Numbered from the stretch's first letter, positions 8,195-19,339 are shown. The stretch: 32,000 nucleotides of DNA from Trichodesmium erythraeum IMS101 (GCF_000014265.1 NC_008312.1:4920001-4952000), one strand, 5' to 3'. Notes: generated by a model from the sequence alone, not told the origin. Numbers and translations are program-made.

Positions 8195-9331
8195 TCAAAA
8201 ATTCCTACTACCGACTAGATCAGAAGATTTTTCAGGCTTTTCTTCAGCTGTTGTAGGAAAAACTCGCAAGTTATCTTCAGCAATAGATACTTTTACTTTA
8301 ACTCCAATTTTTAATGCCACCTGTGGAGTAGTACGAGCAATTAACTCTTTTCCAGACTCAGTTTGTAAACAATAACGAAATTCACGACCCAAAAACTGGC
8401 GATCGCGAATCACTATACACCCCTCATTATCAGCTTTCAAAATCAAGTCTTCCTGACGGATCATCAACTCAAGACGATCAAACTCATCTAAACTATCAAT
8501 TTCCCCACCAAACACATTATTATTTGTCAACTCAAAAGCACCCACTTCCGTTTCCCAAACCTGGTCGTGACGATGTGCAGGCAAAAAATTAGCCTGAGTC
8601 ACAAACTCCGCCACAAACTTAGAAGCAGGTTCAGTATAAATATCCTTTGGTGTACCAAATTGTTCTACAGATCCAGCTCTCATAACTGCCACTCTGTCAG
8701 AAATAGCCATAGCCTCCTCCTGGTCATGAGTAACAATAATTCCCGAAGCACCTGCATTTTTAAGAATATCCCGTAATTCCTGGCGTAATCTAATCCTCAC
8801 CTGTACATCCAAGTTACTCAAAGGTTCATCCAATAACACCAAAGCTGGATTTGGCGCCAAAGCACGCGCCAAAGCTACTCGTTGCTGCTGACCTCCAGAC
8901 AACTCGTGGGGATAACGATTTTCTAGATCAGACAAACCTACCAACTCCAGAACATCTCTTACCTGATGATTAATTTGTGTGCTTGACTTTTTCCCAGAAT
9001 TATGTAATCCGAAAGCAATATTTTTGGCTACAGTCAGATGGGGAAACAAAGCATAATCTTGAAAGACCATACCAACATTACGTTTTTCCGGTACTATCCA
9101 ATCATGTTTACCAGCAACTAACCGGCCATTAATTGTCACAATACCTGACTGTGGTTCCTCAAATCCAGCAATTATTCTCAATAAAGTTGTTTTACCACAG
9201 CCTGAAGGTCCCAATAAGCCTAGTATATCTCCCTGGTATAGTGTTAAATTTACATTTTGGACAGCAGTGGTAGTACTCCGAGAAAATTTCTTGCTCACAC
9301 TCTCAAGATAGAGAATTACTGATTTGGTCAT
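8195..9331 (-). CDS. futC: Fe(III)-type ABC transporter ATP-binding protein with a C-terminal TOBE-like domain
   Basis: Walker A GPSGCGKTT, signature LSGGQQQR, Walker B LLDEP, H-loop THD. The C-terminal extension of about 130 aa is typical of the FbpC/PotA/FutC class. It is divergent from a double-domain Fe(III) permease gene. Confidence 0.85.
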   Translation of the reverse strand: MTKSVILYLESVSKKFSRSTTTAVQNVNLTLYQGDILGLLGPSGCGKTTLLRIIAGFEEPQSGIVTINGRLVAGKHDWIVPEKRNVGMVFQDYALFPHLTVAKNIAFGLHNSGKKSSTQINHQVRDVLELVGLSDLENRYPHELSGGQQQRVALARALAPNPALVLLDEPLSNLDVQVRIRLRQELRDILKNAGASGIIVTHDQEEAMAISDRVAVMRAGSVEQFGTPKDIYTEPASKFVAEFVTQANFLPAHRHDQVWETEVGAFELTNNNVFGGEIDSLDEFDRLELMIRQEDLILKADNEGCIVIRDRQFLGREFRYCLQTESGKELIARTTPQVALKIGVKVKVSIAEDNLRVFPTTAEEKPEKSSDLVGSRNF

Positions 9332-9569
9332 TTATTTCTTAACCTCCGTCATTTCAGTTATTAGTTATCAGTACCTTTAGCTGAAGCTAAAAACTTGAAA
9401 TACTGAATTGAATATTTTTTTCATTTCCTTAAAAGTAAAAACTACTGACTTAATTTTATCGTCAAAAGTCACAAGTGATCAAGTCAAAAATTAATATAAA
9501 AACTGGGTTTATAAAAAAACATTGTGGAATTACCAACTGTTATGGAATAAACCAAATTTTAAAGAAAAT

Positions 9570-9595
9570 TTGAGAATATATATAATAGTTCTCAA
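9570..9595. promoter_or_regulatory. Palindrome TTGAGAA-N12-TTCTCAA, copy 1 (candidate operator)
   Basis: Perfect 7-bp arms flank an AT-only spacer (TATATATAATAG). The 35-bp block aaaatttgagaatatatataatagttctcaaagtc is identical in both duplicate units, although the surrounding sequence has diverged. Confidence 0.35.
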
Positions 9596-9817
9596 AGTCA
9601 TCTACAAAGCTATTTATTGTTAAATTATTATAGCCATTATTTCAAGAAAAATTCTCATTTATTTTTTTCATTTTCAGAAAAGAAAAAGCTATTGACTTGA
9701 TTTTATGGTCAAAAGTCATAAATAATCAAGTCAAAACTCAATGTAAAAACTAGGTTTATGAACAAACATTGGGGGGGTTACCAACAGTTATGGGAGAAAC
9801 TCAATCTTAAAGAAAAT

Positions 9818-9843
9818 TTGAGAATATATATAATAGTTCTCAA
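9818..9843. promoter_or_regulatory. Palindrome TTGAGAA-N12-TTCTCAA, copy 2 (candidate operator)
   Basis: Same sequence as 9570-9595, located 248 bp downstream and about 100 bp upstream of the futB start. Confidence 0.35.
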
Positions 9844-9943
9844 AGTCGTCTAGAAAGTGATTTTTTGTAAAATTATTATCACCTAATTGTTCTGAAAAAT
9901 TCTTATTAAGTTTATGTAAACCTTTTTAATATATACAATTAAA

Positions 9944-11611
9944 ATGTTAGGTCAAATGAAAAAATTTAACCGTCTCAACTGGAATGCTTCGACAATATTT
10001 GTTGTAGCGATCGCCTGCCTCATTTCAGCCCCTGTAGTATTTGTCCTGAGCAGTATTTTCTCTGATACAGGAGAAATTTGGAGTCACTTAGCCTCTACAG
10101 TTTTACCCCGTTATCTCCTGAACTCCTTTATATTAATGCTAGGAGTAGGTTGTGGAGTTTCAATCATCGGAGTAGGAGCAGCATGGTTAATCACAATGTG
10201 TCGTTTTCCAGGGAGCCGTATATTTGAATGGGCAATGTTATTACCTTTAGCAACTCCCGCCTATATTCTCGCCTACACCTATACAGAATTGCTAGAATTT
10301 TATGGCCCTGTACAAATGTGGTTGCGAGAAATATTTGGTTGGACTAGTATCAGTGATTATTGGTTCCCACAAATTCGTTCTCTGGGCGGAGCGATCGCCC
10401 TGTTAACCCTAACTTTATATCCCTACGTTTATCTACTAACGCGAGTCGCCTTTTTAGAACAGTCAACCTGTACTTTAGAAGCTAGTCGTTCTCTAGGAGC
10501 AAACCCATGGCGTAGTTTCTTCACAATAGCTTTACCTCTGGCTCGACCAGCAATAATGGCAGGTTTAGCCCTAGCACTAATGGAAACCCTCAATGATTTC
10601 GGTACGGTGCAGTATTTTGGAGTTGATACATTTACGACTGGCATATATCGTACTTGGTTTGGCATGGGTGAAAGAGTAGCAGCAGCACAATTAGCAGCAA
10701 TGTTACTATTATTTATTTTATGGCTAATTTTGCTCGAACTGTGGTCGCGTCGGCAAGCAAAATATTATCAAACTAGCAGTCAACAACAAAACTTACAACA
10801 ATTTCCCTTAGATAGAATACGAGGAATAGCAACATCTTTTGCTTGTTTATTGCCAGTTTTTTTGGGTTTTCTCTTGCCAGCAGGATTATTATTAGAAATG
10901 ACTATAACTGAAAGTGGAGCCAGCTTTCGGGGTCGGTTTTGGGACTATGCTTCCCATAGCTTGACCTTAGCAGGAATTACCGCTATTTTAGGAGTGGCGA
11001 TCGCTGTGATCATGGCTTATGGAGTACGTCTAAATCAAAATTTGGGAATGCGTATATCAACTCGTATTGCAGCCATAGGTTATGCTGTACCTGGTTCTGT
11101 TATTGCCGTAGGAATTTTGATTCCTATTGGTACAGTTGATAATGCTATTGATAGTTTTATGCGTTCCATGTTTGGCATCTCGACTGGTTTATTATTGAGT
11201 GGCACCATTACAGCATTAGTTTTTGCTTATTTAGTCAGATTTATGGCAGTAGCATTTGGTGCTGTTGAATCAAGTTTAGTGAAAATTAAACCAAGTTTAG
11301 ATGATGCTTCCCGGAGTTTAGGTTATGGTTCTACAAAGACTTTAATTAAAGTTCATGTACCCATGATGTGGGGTGGGTTATTAACAGGAGCAATGTTAAC
11401 ATTTGTAGATGTCATGAAAGAGTTACCGGCAACAATGGTAATTCGTCCGTTTAATTTTGATACCTTAGCAGTAAGAGTTTATAACTTGGCTGCTGATGAA
11501 AGACTTACTGAAGCAGCCGGTCCGGCTTTAGCAATTGTATTGGTCGGAATAATACCGGTAATTATATTAAGCTTAAAAATTGCCAAGTCTCGTCAATATC
11601 AAGATTATTAG
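9944..11611 (+). CDS. futB: Fe(III) ABC transporter permease, fused double-domain type (FbpB/FutB-like)
   Basis: 555-aa polytopic membrane protein with two MetI-like permease halves, each with an EAA-type loop (LEASRSLGANPWRSFFTIALP and DDASRSLGYGSTKTLIKVHVP). Confidence 0.9.
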   Translation: MLGQMKKFNRLNWNASTIFVVAIACLISAPVVFVLSSIFSDTGEIWSHLASTVLPRYLLNSFILMLGVGCGVSIIGVGAAWLITMCRFPGSRIFEWAMLLPLATPAYILAYTYTELLEFYGPVQMWLREIFGWTSISDYWFPQIRSLGGAIALLTLTLYPYVYLLTRVAFLEQSTCTLEASRSLGANPWRSFFTIALPLARPAIMAGLALALMETLNDFGTVQYFGVDTFTTGIYRTWFGMGERVAAAQLAAMLLLFILWLILLELWSRRQAKYYQTSSQQQNLQQFPLDRIRGIATSFACLLPVFLGFLLPAGLLLEMTITESGASFRGRFWDYASHSLTLAGITAILGVAIAVIMAYGVRLNQNLGMRISTRIAAIGYAVPGSVIAVGILIPIGTVDNAIDSFMRSMFGISTGLLLSGTITALVFAYLVRFMAVAFGAVESSLVKIKPSLDDASRSLGYGSTKTLIKVHVPMMWGGLLTGAMLTFVDVMKELPATMVIRPFNFDTLAVRVYNLAADERLTEAAGPALAIVLVGIIPVIILSLKIAKSRQYQDY

Positions 11612-11772
11612 AGAAGCTCTCAGCCCTAATTAATTAGAAAGAATTAACATGTTAACTGATCATTAGCATTCATTTATCTGTTAAGTTTTAGCAGGTTTCG
11701 GATAATATTTTCAGCATTGAAAGCAAATCATTTTTTAGAAGAACTTTGTGCTCTCAAATTAGCTACAATTCT

Positions 11773-11973
11773 TTATAAGAGTATTATAAAATTATCAGTT
11801 TCATCAGCTTTGTTGCACAAAGCCTCTATTGTTATAAAAGCATCAAAACTTGATGATACTAATTTTAATAATTCCCCATTTTTTATTCCTGCCCAACCTT
11901 GTTCGGGAACTGTTATTACTTGATGATTTATGATTTCTTTTTTGAGTTTTTTAGGTAAGCACTCATCCAGCAA
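11773..11973 (-). pseudogene. PIN-like toxin (DUF5615-type, the usual partner of DUF433), prematurely stopped
   Basis: LLDECLPKKLKKEIINHQVITVPEQGWAGIKNGELLKLVSSSFDAFITIE matches the cyanobacterial pattern ...DEC.P..LK......H.V.TV.E.GW.G.KNGELL........FD.FIT.D. It ends at an in-frame TAA about 35 aa short of the usual length, has only a TTG start, and its start overlaps the upstream antitoxin stop. Confidence 0.4.
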
Positions 11974-11977
11974 TATT

Positions 11978-12175
11978 TTAATAAGTTTGTTTCAATAATG
12001 TTTCTTGAGCTAACTTTAATAGAGAAATTGCTTGTTCTTGAGTAACCGTAGGAAAATCATCAATAAAGTCTGCTATGGTTTCCCCTGCACTTAAATAATC
12101 AATAAGAGTTTTGAAGATAGCGCGAGTATTTTTAAAGACTGGTGTTCCTGATAATATTTCTGGAGATATTTCGAT
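11978..12175 (-). CDS. DUF433-type antitoxin-like protein with no canonical start codon (possibly decayed)
   Basis: Hand translation gives IEISPEILSGTPVFKNTRAIFKTLIDYLSAGETIADFIDDFPTVTQEQAISLLKLAQETLLKQTY*, which fits the DUF433 pattern (I..dP.i..G.Pvf.gTR......l.dyL..G.......dFP.vt.eq). It is absent from the ORF track because the open frame (up to about 12232) contains no ATG, GTG or TTG. Confidence 0.45.
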   Translation of the reverse strand: MEISPEILSGTPVFKNTRAIFKTLIDYLSAGETIADFIDDFPTVTQEQAISLLKLAQETLLKQTY

Positions 12176-12236
12176 TAAATTATTGCTGATAGTTTTTGCT
12201 CTTTTATATTTTGATTTTTGTAATCTTTAATTTAAA

Positions 12237-12278
12237 GGATAATTGATAATTAGAGATACTTTTCATTATCAATTATCC
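12237..12278 (-). terminator. 14-bp perfect AT-rich hairpin made of GATAATN heptamers, downstream of chlH
   Basis: GGATAATTGATAAT (12237-12250) is the exact reverse complement of ATTATCAATTATCC (12265-12278), with a 14-nt loop. It starts 20 nt after the chlH stop (12298-12300). The heptamer run ATTATCN continues to 12293. Confidence 0.4.
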
Positions 12279-12297
12279 ATTATCCATTATCAACTAA

Positions 12298-15200
12298 TTA
12301 TTCTATTCCTTCTATCCGATCCTCCACTTGCTGATACAACTCCCGCAACCGATCCAAATTACTCTCACCTGTCTCCCAATAACCGCGACCATTCACCTCC
12401 AACAATGTAGCTACGATCTTCCGGAACGAATGGGGATTCAAATTCAACAACCGCTGCTGCATCTGCTTATCCTGAATAAACGTCTCATTGACATCCTCAT
12501 AAACCCAATTATCAACCGCGCCTGCAGTCGCACTCCATCCCATAGTATTCACCAGACGCTTAGACAACTCCCGCACACCTTCATAACCATGAGACAACAT
12601 CCCCTCATACCATTTTGGATTCAACATTTTTGTTCGCGCATCCAAACGCACCGTCTCAGACAAAGACCGTACCTGAGCATTCGCAGTCGTCGTATCCGCA
12701 ATATAAGAAGCTGGTTGTTTACCATCACCCCTGAGAGTTGCCACAACTTTTGTCGGATCCGAATCAAAATAATGACTCACATCGGTCAAACTTATCTCAG
12801 ACGAATCTAAATTCTGAAAAGTCGCATCAGCAGTTTTCAATGCCGACTCAAAAACTTTCCGGTTATCCTCCATCATTCCTGGGTTATCAGAATTAAAAGC
12901 AAAAGACTTGCGCTTCAAATACATTTCCTGTAATTCCGACTCATCTTCCCAAGTACTATTCTCCACCGCCAAATTTACATTTGCAGCATAAGAACCGGAA
13001 GCATTAGAAAATACCCGTGTTGCAGCTTGACGTAAATTCACTCCCAAATCTTCAGCTTGCTTGAGAGCATGCTTGCGAACAAAATTCATCTCTTCCGGTT
13101 CATGTGCTTCTGCTGCCATTTTCACAGCCTTATCCAAAAGATTCATTTGATTAATAAATAAATCTCGGAATACACCAGAACAATTAATCACCACGTCAAC
13201 CCGGGGCCGACCCAACTCTTCAAGGGGAATTAACTCCAGCTTATTCACCCTACCCAAAGCATCAGGTACAGGTTTAACCCCTACCATCCACATCACCTGA
13301 GCAAGAGATTCACCATAAGTCTTGATATTATCAGTTCCCCACAAAACAACAGCGATAGTTTCTGGATACTGCCCACCATTCTCCTGCATCTGTCGTGCCA
13401 ATAAACGATCAACTACAGTTTTTGCCGACTTAACCGCAGCAGCAGTAGGAATAGACTGGGGGTCGAGAGCGTGCATATTCTTACCAGTAGGCAAAACATC
13501 AGGGTTCCGAATGGGGTCGCCACCGGGTCCTGGTAAAATATATTCCCCTTCAAACGCTCGTAACAGAGAACCCAACTCATTATCAGCACAAACCTGTTCT
13601 AGGCAAAACTCTAAATATTCAAACAGAGGCTTGATAGCTTCTTCATCAACATCAGGAAAACCTGCTGCTTCCAGAGCTTCTATCCAAGGTGCTTTTTTCC
13701 TCATATTAAAGAAATTGAGTTTACCCACCATCGAAACTCGACCCTCAGCATCAGTTTGTTGGTGCACTAATGCCGCTACAGCAGCACGAGTCCCTTCCGT
13801 AATATTCTGAAGTAACTCCACATCTGCCAAAATACCTTTATTATTATTTTGGTAAAGTTCCTCAATATCCCGGTTGAGGCTATTAGCAATTATTCGAGGT
13901 AAACCAGTTATCCCTTCCTCTTCCCGGTCTAAACTAGCAATATTTACCAAAGTAGCGATCGCTTCCTCAGCAGTAGGAGGTTTACCAATAACGTGCAAAC
14001 CACAAGGCAACAACCGGGACTCAATTTCCATCAACCTGCGATAAACATCCCCAACAACTTGATCCCGTTCCTCAGCGGTCAACTCCTGAGCATCTTTTTC
14101 CGGCAGAGTTACATCCTGGTCTAAATTCACTATCCGGCATTTATCCATAATAGTGTTAACAATAGGAACACCTCGCCCGCTATCCTTCAAAGTTTGATAG
14201 GAAGCTATTAACTCATTCAACTCCTGCAAACCTTTATATAAACCAGCATTTTCTGCAGGGGGAGTTAAGTAAGAAATAGTCTCAGCATAACTCCGGCGTT
14301 TAGCAATAGTTGCCTCACTAGGATTATTTGCAGCATAATAATAGATGTTGGGAATATTGCCTATGAGATTATCCGGGTAACAATGTCCAGACATACCAAT
14401 TTGCTTGCCAGGCATAAATTCTAAAGAACCGTGAGTACCGAAATGTAGGACTGCATCTGCTTTCCAAATTTGTTCTAAATAGGTATAGTAAGCAGCAAAA
14501 CCATGATGGGGACTTGCAGAATGGGAGAATAACAACCGCATGGGGTCCCCTTCATAACCAAATGTTGGTTGGACGCCGATGAAAACATTTCCGAAACTCT
14601 TACCGTAAATAAGTAAATTTTCGCCATCGCTATTCAGGTTTCCTGGAGGTAGTCCCCAATTTTCATGCAACCTTTCCGAGTATGGTGTCAGACGTTCATA
14701 TTCTAGAACTGACATTCGGTAAGCAATATTGAGCTCCGGACTTTGATATTGGGCAGTAGCATCTTGGATGACTTGCTTCATTAATTCTTCTGCAGAGTCT
14801 GGCAAGTCTTGAATATCGTAACCATTGCCTTTGAGTGCTTTCACAACTTCATAGATAGAGCCAAATACATCTAAATATGCAGCACTACCCACATTCCCTT
14901 TATCTGGAGGGAAACTGAAAATAGTAATAGCAATTTTTTTATTCAGTTTGGGTTTACGTCTAAGACTTGCCCATTTAAGAGCGCGTTGAGCTACAGCTTC
15001 GATACGGTCTTGGAGAGCGATCGCTTTTCCCGTTGCTCCGTCTCGCCCAGACATAATGATAGGTTCGATCGCCCCATCAAGTTCAGGAATAGCTATTTGC
15101 AAAGCAACTTGTATGGGGTGGAGACCAAGGTCACTTTCTTGCCATTCTTCAGTAGTTTGGAAAACCAGAGGTAATGCTACCATGTAGGGTCGGTTCAACC

Positions 15201-16287
15201 TTTTTAAAGATTCTACCGCTTTTGGATGGTCTTGTCTAGCAGGTCCACCTACCAATGCAAAACCAGTTAAAGAAATAACCGTATCTACTAATGGTGTAGG
15301 TTCAACTCCTTTAGTTACCACTTCCCAAAAGTAGGCATCGACCGGTTTAGAAAAATCTAATCCTCCGGCAAATACAGGCAGAACTCGCGCTCCCATTGCT
15401 TCCAACTCTTGCAACATGGCAACATAATGAGCATCATCTCCTGTCACTAGGTGGGTTCGCTGCAAGACAAGACCAACACAGGGGGCCAGGGGATCTTTCA
15501 AATTTTCGGAAATGTCTTTACGGTTGTTGTACCAGTTGAGATATTCTTTGACATCCTCAAACATTTTGGGCGCCAGGGGATGCCAGATACCCATGTCTGG
15601 ATAAACAACAGGATCGACATATTGTAGAGAACTTTTTTTCTGGTCTTTGAAAACGTATTTGTCTGCCAACATGAGCAGGAAATTTTCCAGGTTTTCCGAG
15701 GAACCTCCTAACCAATACTGGAAACTCAGCATAAAGTTTCTAGCATCTTGGGCTTTGTCAAGAGGCATATACTTCAAAACTTTTGGCAGAGTTTGTAGTA
15801 ATTTCAACATTCCGTCTTGAAAAGAAGAACCAGATTTTTCTTTCCGCTTCCGCATAAATTGAGCAATGGCGCTTTTGCTCTGGCCTAGTTGGGCCATTGA
15901 GAATGTTCCCATTTTATTCAGGCGCATCACTTGTGGCATGGAAGGGAAAACCACAGCAGCGTCAAGTTTGTCGCGATGGGGTGTGACGGCTTCTACGACT
16001 TTTTCTGCTAGGTCTTCAATGAAAATTAGGGAAGCTATAAAGATGTTAGCTTCGGAAACTTCTCGCCTAAAGTTTTCATAGTTTTTTGGGTCCCGGAGTT
16101 CTTCAATTAGATAGCCACTTATTTCTATGGCCAGATTAGGATTTTTTTCATTTATAGAACGCACTGCTGCTGAGAGGGAGCTTTGATATTGAGCTTCTAA
16201 AACTATATATACGACTTTTAAGAGCGATCGCCCTTTTAAGTCTGCTGGGACAATGTGGCGAACAGTAGGCTTTACGGATGTGAACAT
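12298..16287 (-). CDS. chlH: Magnesium chelatase subunit H (Mg-protoporphyrin IX chelatase large subunit)
   Basis: 1329-aa uninterrupted ORF. The CobN/ChlH-type sequence runs throughout (e.g. [24 protein letters not shown], the N-terminal [14 protein letters not shown]... form typical of cyanobacterial ChlH). The length is typical of ChlH. Confidence 0.97.
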   Translation of the reverse strand: MFTSVKPTVRHIVPADLKGRSLLKVVYIVLEAQYQSSLSAAVRSINEKNPNLAIEISGYLIEELRDPKNYENFRREVSEANIFIASLIFIEDLAEKVVEAVTPHRDKLDAAVVFPSMPQVMRLNKMGTFSMAQLGQSKSAIAQFMRKRKEKSGSSFQDGMLKLLQTLPKVLKYMPLDKAQDARNFMLSFQYWLGGSSENLENFLLMLADKYVFKDQKKSSLQYVDPVVYPDMGIWHPLAPKMFEDVKEYLNWYNNRKDISENLKDPLAPCVGLVLQRTHLVTGDDAHYVAMLQELEAMGARVLPVFAGGLDFSKPVDAYFWEVVTKGVEPTPLVDTVISLTGFALVGGPARQDHPKAVESLKRLNRPYMVALPLVFQTTEEWQESDLGLHPIQVALQIAIPELDGAIEPIIMSGRDGATGKAIALQDRIEAVAQRALKWASLRRKPKLNKKIAITIFSFPPDKGNVGSAAYLDVFGSIYEVVKALKGNGYDIQDLPDSAEELMKQVIQDATAQYQSPELNIAYRMSVLEYERLTPYSERLHENWGLPPGNLNSDGENLLIYGKSFGNVFIGVQPTFGYEGDPMRLLFSHSASPHHGFAAYYTYLEQIWKADAVLHFGTHGSLEFMPGKQIGMSGHCYPDNLIGNIPNIYYYAANNPSEATIAKRRSYAETISYLTPPAENAGLYKGLQELNELIASYQTLKDSGRGVPIVNTIMDKCRIVNLDQDVTLPEKDAQELTAEERDQVVGDVYRRLMEIESRLLPCGLHVIGKPPTAEEAIATLVNIASLDREEEGITGLPRIIANSLNRDIEELYQNNNKGILADVELLQNITEGTRAAVAALVHQQTDAEGRVSMVGKLNFFNMRKKAPWIEALEAAGFPDVDEEAIKPLFEYLEFCLEQVCADNELGSLLRAFEGEYILPGPGGDPIRNPDVLPTGKNMHALDPQSIPTAAAVKSAKTVVDRLLARQMQENGGQYPETIAVVLWGTDNIKTYGESLAQVMWMVGVKPVPDALGRVNKLELIPLEELGRPRVDVVINCSGVFRDLFINQMNLLDKAVKMAAEAHEPEEMNFVRKHALKQAEDLGVNLRQAATRVFSNASGSYAANVNLAVENSTWEDESELQEMYLKRKSFAFNSDNPGMMEDNRKVFESALKTADATFQNLDSSEISLTDVSHYFDSDPTKVVATLRGDGKQPASYIADTTTANAQVRSLSETVRLDARTKMLNPKWYEGMLSHGYEGVRELSKRLVNTMGWSATAGAVDNWVYEDVNETFIQDKQMQQRLLNLNPHSFRKIVATLLEVNGRGYWETGESNLDRLRELYQQVEDRIEGIE

Positions 16288-17985
16288 TAAGTGTTGCTCC
16301 TTGAGGGTAATAATAAATAAGTATTACTATCAAATATCAAAAAATTTTAAACAAAGGTAGGGTAAAGTCTTAGTTTGACACAATTCGATAAGAACTTTTA
16401 AATTTTTCGTTACATCTATTGACTAAAAGCAATTTATATAAGATTATGTATATCTTTTAAACTTAATATTTTGTGATGAATTAAGTAGATGATAAATTTT
16501 TCTGATAAATGGAAAAGTTAATATTGTTTTATGGAAGTCAAGCCTCTTCTTATTGCCCCCCGGAGAAAGTCAACTCTCTACTTACCCTTTTGTTATAAAT
16601 ATCTTTAGTTCATCGGAGACAAAAAGTGTATTGAATAATAATTTTTTTGAGGACTTAAAATAGTTTTGCCTAGCTACTATAGTTTTTCTCTCTACTCCCC
16701 TTTTAACTCGCGGTTAGATTTCCGGTAAGGTTTTCAGAAGTTCCTGAGCAGAAATAGCCTGTATAGACCAGGCTAATTTCCAGACTATAACTGGAGAATA
16801 TTTGTAATACTAAGGGTAAAAAAAAGAATGCTTTTCTCGGGTAAAGCTTCAATTATTAACAGACTATTTCTAAACAAAACCTTAAGCTTTTGTAGGAAGG
16901 CTTAGGTAGACTATAGATAGGAAAAGTCGTATATTTTAAAGAGAAAGTACTTTTAACTCCTAGACTTACTCTACCAATCAAAGTTATTAAAGTACTCAAG
17001 GTATAGTAGATACTAATCATTATCTAACCTATCATTATCTTGAACATAAAGTTGTCTTGAATATGTTTAATTAGATCTAGGTATAACAATACAAATATTC
17101 CTATTTATAACCCTCTGATAAATGTCTAATAAATCAAAGAAGATATTTAAGAACTAGAACCTAAGGAGTGACTAAGAAAGGCTAAAAAAAAATTGTAAAG
17201 TTTCTTCTAGATTCTGAAAATATGGTATTATAATAGGACTAACTTATGGTTTACAATAATCATAAAAATAAATAATTATATTTGTAATAAAAACTCTTAC
17301 CTAACTTAAGAACAAGCATTTTATTTTCAGTAAATTTGACCTTGATTTTGCTGAGACTAATACTAGTAAAGGTAAAATAATTGTCGAAGCTACCACGGTA
17401 TTAGAATCAGAAAAAGTGCTGATGATACAAAGCATCATACAAAACATCATAAAAATTAAGAATTTATCTTTAATATTAAGGGGAAAGTAAACAACTGAAA
17501 TTACATTAGTAATACAAGTAATAGATTTTATATCTATTAATTAATTTCCCGAAAATCTGTGATCCTATTAAATCACATAAAATATCAGAATATTGGCTCA
17601 AAAAGTTATGAGTAAAGTAGGAAAAATATTAAATTTTACTGTTAATCTATTGAGGCTAAATATTAACAGAGACTAGATAAGCTAACAGAAATATTGCTAA
17701 CATTTCATATATCACATCCCAGTTAGCTAAATATACTAGTCCGAAAAAAAATCAGGGGTAGAAATAGTTTTATGCTTTCATTATGGTGAGAGTTAGGTAT
17801 TGCTATGACATTTTGGGAAGTTTTTATAAATAATTTAGGTATAAAATTCCATTATTTCCAATAAATAATATTCATACTATAAGTCAGAATTAATATTCTA
17901 ATTATAACTGCTGGCTGTTGACTAAACCTATGACTATCTAATGTAAAATTTTAAAATTATGATTGAGTATTTTTTTCTGTCTTAA

Positions 17986-18924
17986 TCATTGTTTCTCAAA
18001 GCCAATTTTTTCCTGAATAATATAGTAAGGTCTTTGCCGAACTTCATCATAAATTCTACCTATATATTCTCCAATAATTCCTAAAGAAAGTAGTTGAATT
18101 CCTCCCATAAAAAATGTAGTAGTTAAACCATAAGCCCAGGAGAGAAATTCTTTTCCTAAAATAAATTTAACGTAAAGACCAATTAAGCCAATAATAAAAG
18201 ATAAAATTGCTGAGACTAAACCTAAAATAGTTGCCATTTTTAGAGGAATTGTAGAAAAAGAAAATATGCCATCAAAAGCAAGTTTAAATAATTTAGAAAC
18301 TGACATTTTTGGCTCACCCCTATATCGTGGTCCTCTTTCTACATAAACTCCTATTTGTTTAAATCCAGCATAAGCTCTTAAACCACTTAAATATTTATTG
18401 CGTTCTGGCATTTGCCGTAAGGTTAGAATCACTTTTCTATCCATTAATGAAAAGATTCCTGCATCCATGGGAGTTACAATTCCTGACAACTTTCTTTGGA
18501 TGTAATAAAAGCTTTTAAATGCTAATCGTTTTAACCATTTTTCTTTGCGATTTTTTCTAATGGCATATACTACATCATATCCCTGTTGCCAAAGCCTCAA
18601 AAAACTGATAATTGCTTCTGGAGAATCTTGTAAATCTCCATCCATAAGAATAACTGCTTTACCATTAGCATGATCTATTCCAGCAGATAAAGCACATTGA
18701 TGACCGAAGTTTCTGGAAAAGCTAATAATTTTGACTTTTTGATTTTTATGGTTTATTTCTTTTAGTAATTCTAAAGAATTATCTACACTTCCATCATTGA
18801 TGAAAATTACTTCACTGCTGCTATCAAGTTTGTCTAAAATATCTGATAATCTGCGCCACAGCTCAGGGATAATTTCTGATTCATTAAAAATGGGAATAAC
18901 TACAGAATAATCAATATATTTCAT
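17986..18924 (-). CDS. Family 2 glycosyltransferase, polyprenyl-phosphate sugar transferase type (DPM1/GtrB/ArnC-like)
   Basis: N-terminal GT-A fold motifs VVIPIFNES, FINDGSVD and DGDLQD, plus two C-terminal transmembrane helices (ATILGLVSAILSFIIGLIGLY and TTTFFMGGIQLLSLGIIGEYIGRIY). Confidence 0.9.
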   Translation of the reverse strand: MKYIDYSVVIPIFNESEIIPELWRRLSDILDKLDSSSEVIFINDGSVDNSLELLKEINHKNQKVKIISFSRNFGHQCALSAGIDHANGKAVILMDGDLQDSPEAIISFLRLWQQGYDVVYAIRKNRKEKWLKRLAFKSFYYIQRKLSGIVTPMDAGIFSLMDRKVILTLRQMPERNKYLSGLRAYAGFKQIGVYVERGPRYRGEPKMSVSKLFKLAFDGIFSFSTIPLKMATILGLVSAILSFIIGLIGLYVKFILGKEFLSWAYGLTTTFFMGGIQLLSLGIIGEYIGRIYDEVRQRPYYIIQEKIGFEKQ

Positions 18925-19339
18925 CGTATTTACTAACTATTTTAACAATAATACAAATTTTTTTTATGATTGTCAACCTAAGCATAATTAATATAATTTA
19001 TAATCAAGGAATAAAGATTATATAGAGTAAAATTACTTTTCATATTAATTATTAATAATCAGTCTATTTATTCTGATAAAAACCTATTTTTTGTATTTGG
19101 TATTTCTTCCTTGAAAGCAAGCATCATAATTTTAGGTACAATATTATAAATGTCATTATTTCTAGTTTCCTGTATTTTATAATTTTCAGAATAAATAAAT
19201 TACGTTCCAGGCAGTTTATCAGAAAAAAATTTAGTTATTTTGAAAAGTTTATTAACTGTTAATACGACTTTCAATACCCCTATAAATTACAGAATAGAGT
19301 GGTTAATAAAATGCCTTAACTTAGAAGTAAAAGTTATAA

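Larger units (their letters stand above)
9414..9910. repeat. Tandem direct duplication (about 247-248 bp x 2) filling the futC-futB intergenic region
   Basis: atttttttcattt starts at both 9414 and 9661. The two copies align along their whole length at roughly 80-85% identity and carry the same embedded palindromes. Confidence 0.85.

Noticed and set aside
9570-9843. Calling the fut intergenic palindromes, or the GATAAT-rich heptamer runs, classical Fur boxes.
   Set aside because: TTGAGAA-N12-TTCTCAA does not resemble the GATAATGATAATCATTATC consensus. The GATAATN runs sit at gene 3' ends and belong to a heptamer repeat family, so a Fur assignment would be motif over-reading.
5681-11923. Other short shadow ORFs: 5681-5899 (-), 8166-8375 (+), 8567-8776 (+), 10429-10665 (-), 11717-11923 (+).
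   Set aside because: Each is nested antisense within a strongly supported ABC-transporter or toxin-antitoxin gene and shows no motif.
12328-16333. Track ORFs overlapping chlH on the opposite strand or out of frame (12328-12810, 13322-13810, 14986-15174, 15866-16081, 16148-16333).
   Set aside because: They lie entirely within or overlap the 1329-aa ChlH ORF, have odd low-complexity compositions (Pro/Ile/Arg/Ser-rich) and match no recognisable family.
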